64,000 nucleotides of DNA from an uncultured virus (IMG/VR IMGVR_UViG_2695420507_000016) (taxonomy: Duplodnaviria > Heunggongvirae > Uroviricota > Caudoviricetes). The stretch is from the IMG/VR virus record IMGVR_UViG_2695420507_000016. One strand, 5' to 3'. The position numbers were made by a program, and so were the translations under genes. This document shows positions 61,509 to 64,000 of this stretch, piece by piece. The notes beneath the pieces are model-generated. The model ran no database searches. It had not been told where the DNA came from and saw nothing but the letters and a program-made list of their open reading frames with translations. Positions within the stretch are counted from its first letter, which is position 1. Each line of letters begins with the position of its first letter.

Positions 61509-62448
61509 AATGCACTTCAAAAGCTGTAAGCAGCCATGCATTACTACCTTCTCGCTTAATCAATGACGCTTCATGCGAATTAAATACAATATTTATTCTT
61601 GTAGATAATCCACGTTCTGTACGCCGTTGTGTACTACCTTGAGCGATTGTTTGCACAATAGTATCCACAAGCATATGCACAACTTCATCATATGTCATGC
61701 CATCACTTTCCATACGGCGCTTGATAATATGCTTAATACCCTGTTTATCACTGCCATACTCAAAATCCACCCAGCCTAAATCATTACGATACATAGCTCT
61801 ATGCACTGTGGTTTTTTCCATAATGGCTTTGTTCATTGCAGCTTTACCACGTGTGATATTTGCTGTAACTGATTTGATTGGACTCGCACTATCAAATTCA
61901 GGCTTTCCCAGTTCGGATTGACCAGCCTCCGAACTTATACCAAGTTGTTGCTTAGCATGTTCAATTTGTTCTTTCAGCTGGTCACGGTGAGCTATTTGCT
62001 TAGCTAAATCCTCATCAAGCTTTTGCTCTTGTTCTTCGACTTCTTTAATTTTCTGATCTACAGAAGTACGGCGCGGCGGTAAGCTAACTTTTTCACGCTT
62101 ATTTTGTTCTTGGATTTTAGATTGTGCTTCACGGATAAGTTTAGCAACACAACTTACGGCGTTTTCAAATGTTGGCTTATAGTCATCACTAAAATCGCCA
62201 GATAGAACAATTACTTTATCATTCAGTTCGGCCTTCACTACATCCGCTAATGCACGAATATAAAGTGTAAGCGTAGCGCCACCTGAAAAGAAAAATGCAA
62301 CTGGTAAAACGCTAACACCAGCAACGCGCTTAATTTTGCGAAATTCTGGTGTAACAATCGTTTGGCCTGTTGCTTTTTCTAATGCCGATTGGATCTTTTT
62401 AATGTATGGAGAAGTAGCTGTTATAGCTGCAAGATTAAGACTGCCCAT
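61507..62448 (-). CDS. DarA_N/Hdf-like domain fused to a PBECR-type RNase domain (start revised to 62448)
   Basis: N-terminal KRVAGVSV....FSGGATLTL...DV....LN.K; coiled coil; C-terminal LGWVDFEYG...GIKHIIKRR...WLLTAFE. Confidence 0.7.
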   Translation of the reverse strand: MGSLNLAAITATSPYIKKIQSALEKATGQTIVTPEFRKIKRVAGVSVLPVAFFFSGGATLTLYIRALADVVKAELNDKVIVLSGDFSDDYKPTFENAVSCVAKLIREAQSKIQEQNKREKVSLPPRRTSVDQKIKEVEEQEQKLDEDLAKQIAHRDQLKEQIEHAKQQLGISSEAGQSELGKPEFDSASPIKSVTANITRGKAAMNKAIMEKTTVHRAMYRNDLGWVDFEYGSDKQGIKHIIKRRMESDGMTYDEVVHMLVDTIVQTIAQGSTQRRTERGLSTRINIVFNSHEASLIKREGSNAWLLTAFEVH

Positions 62449-62475
62449 GAAAAATAACCTCATATCAATGAGGTT

Positions 62476-62516
62476 ATTTTGAAATCTATTGGATGTACAA
62501 TTTGTGCAAGGTTCCA
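62476..62516 (-). promoter_or_regulatory. Late promoter motif with RBS hairpin
   Basis: TGGAAC-N29-CAAAAT; 13-bp stem AAAATAACCTCAT/ATGAGGTTATTTT covers GAGG. Confidence 0.8.
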
Positions 62517-62529
62517 ATTTTTAGAACCC

Positions 62530-62630
62530 TAAAACGAGGAAAACACCCCGCAGGGTGCTTTCAAATAAGACTTATTGGATTATCAGCGAGAAATTTATTA
62601 CTGATATCTTATTCAATAAGATTAGCTATG
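62530..62630 (-). ncRNA. Predicted ~100-nt small RNA downstream of the AbiF-like gene (candidate RNA antitoxin)
   Basis: TTGACA-N17-TATTAT at 62664-62636; no ORF; stems ATCTTAT/ATAAGAT and TATCAG/CTGATA; terminator GAAAGCACCC tgcg GGGTGTTTTC. Confidence 0.75.
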
Positions 62631-62685
62631 TACCTATAATATTAATTACTGCACCACTTGTCAAATTTGTGCAACAGTGAAATTA

Positions 62686-63630
62686 CTAAAAACCTCTAGA
62701 AATAACTATTCCACCATGTTGGTGCTTAATTTCTATTAAGCATGAAATTTTCAAAAGACGACGGAACTCTCTCTTAGCCCTTGATAATGGCAGTTCTCTC
62801 ATATAGGAATAATTTTTATATATTTCGATAGTTGATTCTTGGCAGAACCAATCAAAATGTCTTTTATAACTTGATGATAAATAGTCATCCCTTCTATCTT
62901 TTGATATCCAACCTATTAACCGGCATAAACGATGATTCAAGGTCAACATTCTTGAAATGCTTTCACTTGGGGTAGTAGCAGATTCATAGATCACTACTTT
63001 TGATTTTTCATGAAGAATCTCAGTAAATTTCCATAATGGCTCGTGGTGAGCAATACGATTTCTTAAAGATAGAACCTGTCTTAACCGAATAATCAAATCG
63101 TCTATAGCATTTGTATCCCAATAACTTTTATTTACAGCAAAATGATCTTTAAAACCCTTAAAGAAAACTTCAGGCCAATCAATAGAAGGATGTAATTCAA
63201 TAAGTTTAATCCAAAAACCAAATGTCTGATTTGCTATAACTTTACCTGGAGTTGGAATGTTTTGTGTTTTAGGAACTAAAGTCGTAATTCCATTAACCTT
63301 CTTTTTCCTATGAGTCATTTTTTTTAATATTTTTTGAGTTTCCAAGTTTAGTATATTTTGGTCCATAAGGTACATGTACCAATCATTATCATGTATGTGT
63401 CCTTGATTTTTATGCGAAAAATAAAGATACGATAATTCTTTATGTACCATATTACGAAATGCAACTTCAAAAATACTTAACAACTTAAAAAAAGCAGTTG
63501 AGAGCGCATCATTCCAAAGGTATACACCTATGCACTCCTCATTATTTTTTAAATTAAAATATAATTTATAACTCTTTAATCGATCAGAAGATAACAAGTC
63601 TACGGTATTAGAAATATTGCTAGACTTCAT
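62686..63630 (-). CDS. Abi_2 (AbiD/AbiF-like) HEPN protein
   Basis: LS.DRL..Y, YLWN..LS, FEVAFRN, TFGFW, LRNRIAHHEP (Rx4H). Confidence 0.85.
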   Translation of the reverse strand: MKSSNISNTVDLLSSDRLKSYKLYFNLKNNEECIGVYLWNDALSTAFFKLLSIFEVAFRNMVHKELSYLYFSHKNQGHIHDNDWYMYLMDQNILNLETQKILKKMTHRKKKVNGITTLVPKTQNIPTPGKVIANQTFGFWIKLIELHPSIDWPEVFFKGFKDHFAVNKSYWDTNAIDDLIIRLRQVLSLRNRIAHHEPLWKFTEILHEKSKVVIYESATTPSESISRMLTLNHRLCRLIGWISKDRRDDYLSSSYKRHFDWFCQESTIEIYKNYSYMRELPLSRAKREFRRLLKISCLIEIKHQHGGIVISRGF

Positions 63631-63720
63631 TTTCTCCGAAATCCTATGAATAAATTATTAAATTAACCTACTAATTGTATATTAATTAAAGGAATAACTC
63701 TATTAACTTGTTCAGTTCTA

Positions 63721-63999
63721 TTATTTTCGCTTTCTCTTTTCAAACGTCCTTCTCAACCATTCCTCTCGATCTTCAACATTCTCAATATTTTTAAGTTTGC
63801 GCCAAAATTCACTAATAGCTTTTGAAAATTTAACAACGTCATCATCCGTAATATTAAATGTAGGTTCATATATAAAGTAAGGCAACGGATTATTTTCCAT
63901 ACCATGATAATTTTCTTTTAAATAAAATGGGTACTTGTTACACAGCTCTCTATATGAGCTTCCATTTCCATGCTTAAAAACATTAACAATTACTCTACA
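63721..63999 (-). CDS. C-terminal part of an accessory protein running off the window (HEPN-like)
   Basis: Open frame of 92 codons: CRVIVNVFKHGNGSSYRELCNKYP...FSKAISEFW. Confidence 0.6.
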   Translation of the reverse strand, partial: CRVIVNVFKHGNGSSYRELCNKYPFYLKENYHGMENNPLPYFIYEPTFNITDDDVVKFSKAISEFWRKLKNIENVEDREEWLRRTFEKRKRK

Positions 64000-64000
64000 A

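Larger units (their letters stand above)
9207..64000 (-). mobile_element. Large P1-like (contractile-tailed) prophage, late/structural half
   Basis: Terminase, portal, capsid, sheath, baseplate, fibre, lysis and Dar-like genes, almost all on the minus strand. Confidence 0.9.

Noticed and set aside
61308..61541. N-terminal extension of ORF 60951-61541
   Set aside because: Runs through the predicted small RNA and the late promoter; SD and promoter support ATG 61307
2141..61921. Many short antisense or alternate-frame ORFs in the track (e.g. 2378-2773, 20798-21184, 35707-36060, 59080-59568)
   Set aside because: Nested within long well-supported genes, with no recognisable motifs; treated as shadow ORFs
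62449..62517. N-terminal extension of ORF 61507-62517
   Set aside because: Begins inside the TGGAAC box; SD GAGG supports ATG 62448

Overview
AT-rich window made entirely of mobile DNA. The host is most likely Acinetobacter, inferred from gene content. Two elements abut at a 24-bp copy of the tmRNA (ssrA) 3' end at 9183-9206. (1) Bases 1-9206 are a P4/PICI-like phage satellite. It has a tyrosine integrase, AlpA, a frameshifted BRO-N gene, an Ash region with a C4/CI-like antisense RNA, a DUF927 helicase, an iteron origin, an ssb pseudogene and a HEPN-like cargo gene. (2) Bases 9207-64000 are the late half of a large P1-like contractile-tailed prophage. It carries lysis genes, a DarB/DdrB/DarA-like cluster, portal, a 3452-aa spike-fibre fusion, sheath, major capsid, an intein-containing terminase and baseplate genes. 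Accessory genes include a PAAR-lipoprotein pair, a PD-(D/E)XK nuclease, RelBE, a Tad1-like sponge and an AbiF-like HEPN protein. Main observations read from the sequence: two adjacent nuclease genes (DarA_N-PBECR fusion and AbiF-like), each followed by a ~95-100 nt structured RNA with its own promoter and terminator; a 15-copy late-promoter motif TGGAAC-N29-nAnnnT, often coupled to hairpins that hide the ribosome-binding site; and a recurrent (F/Y)DS motif in head-associated proteins. All family assignments come from motif recognition by eye; no database searches were run.
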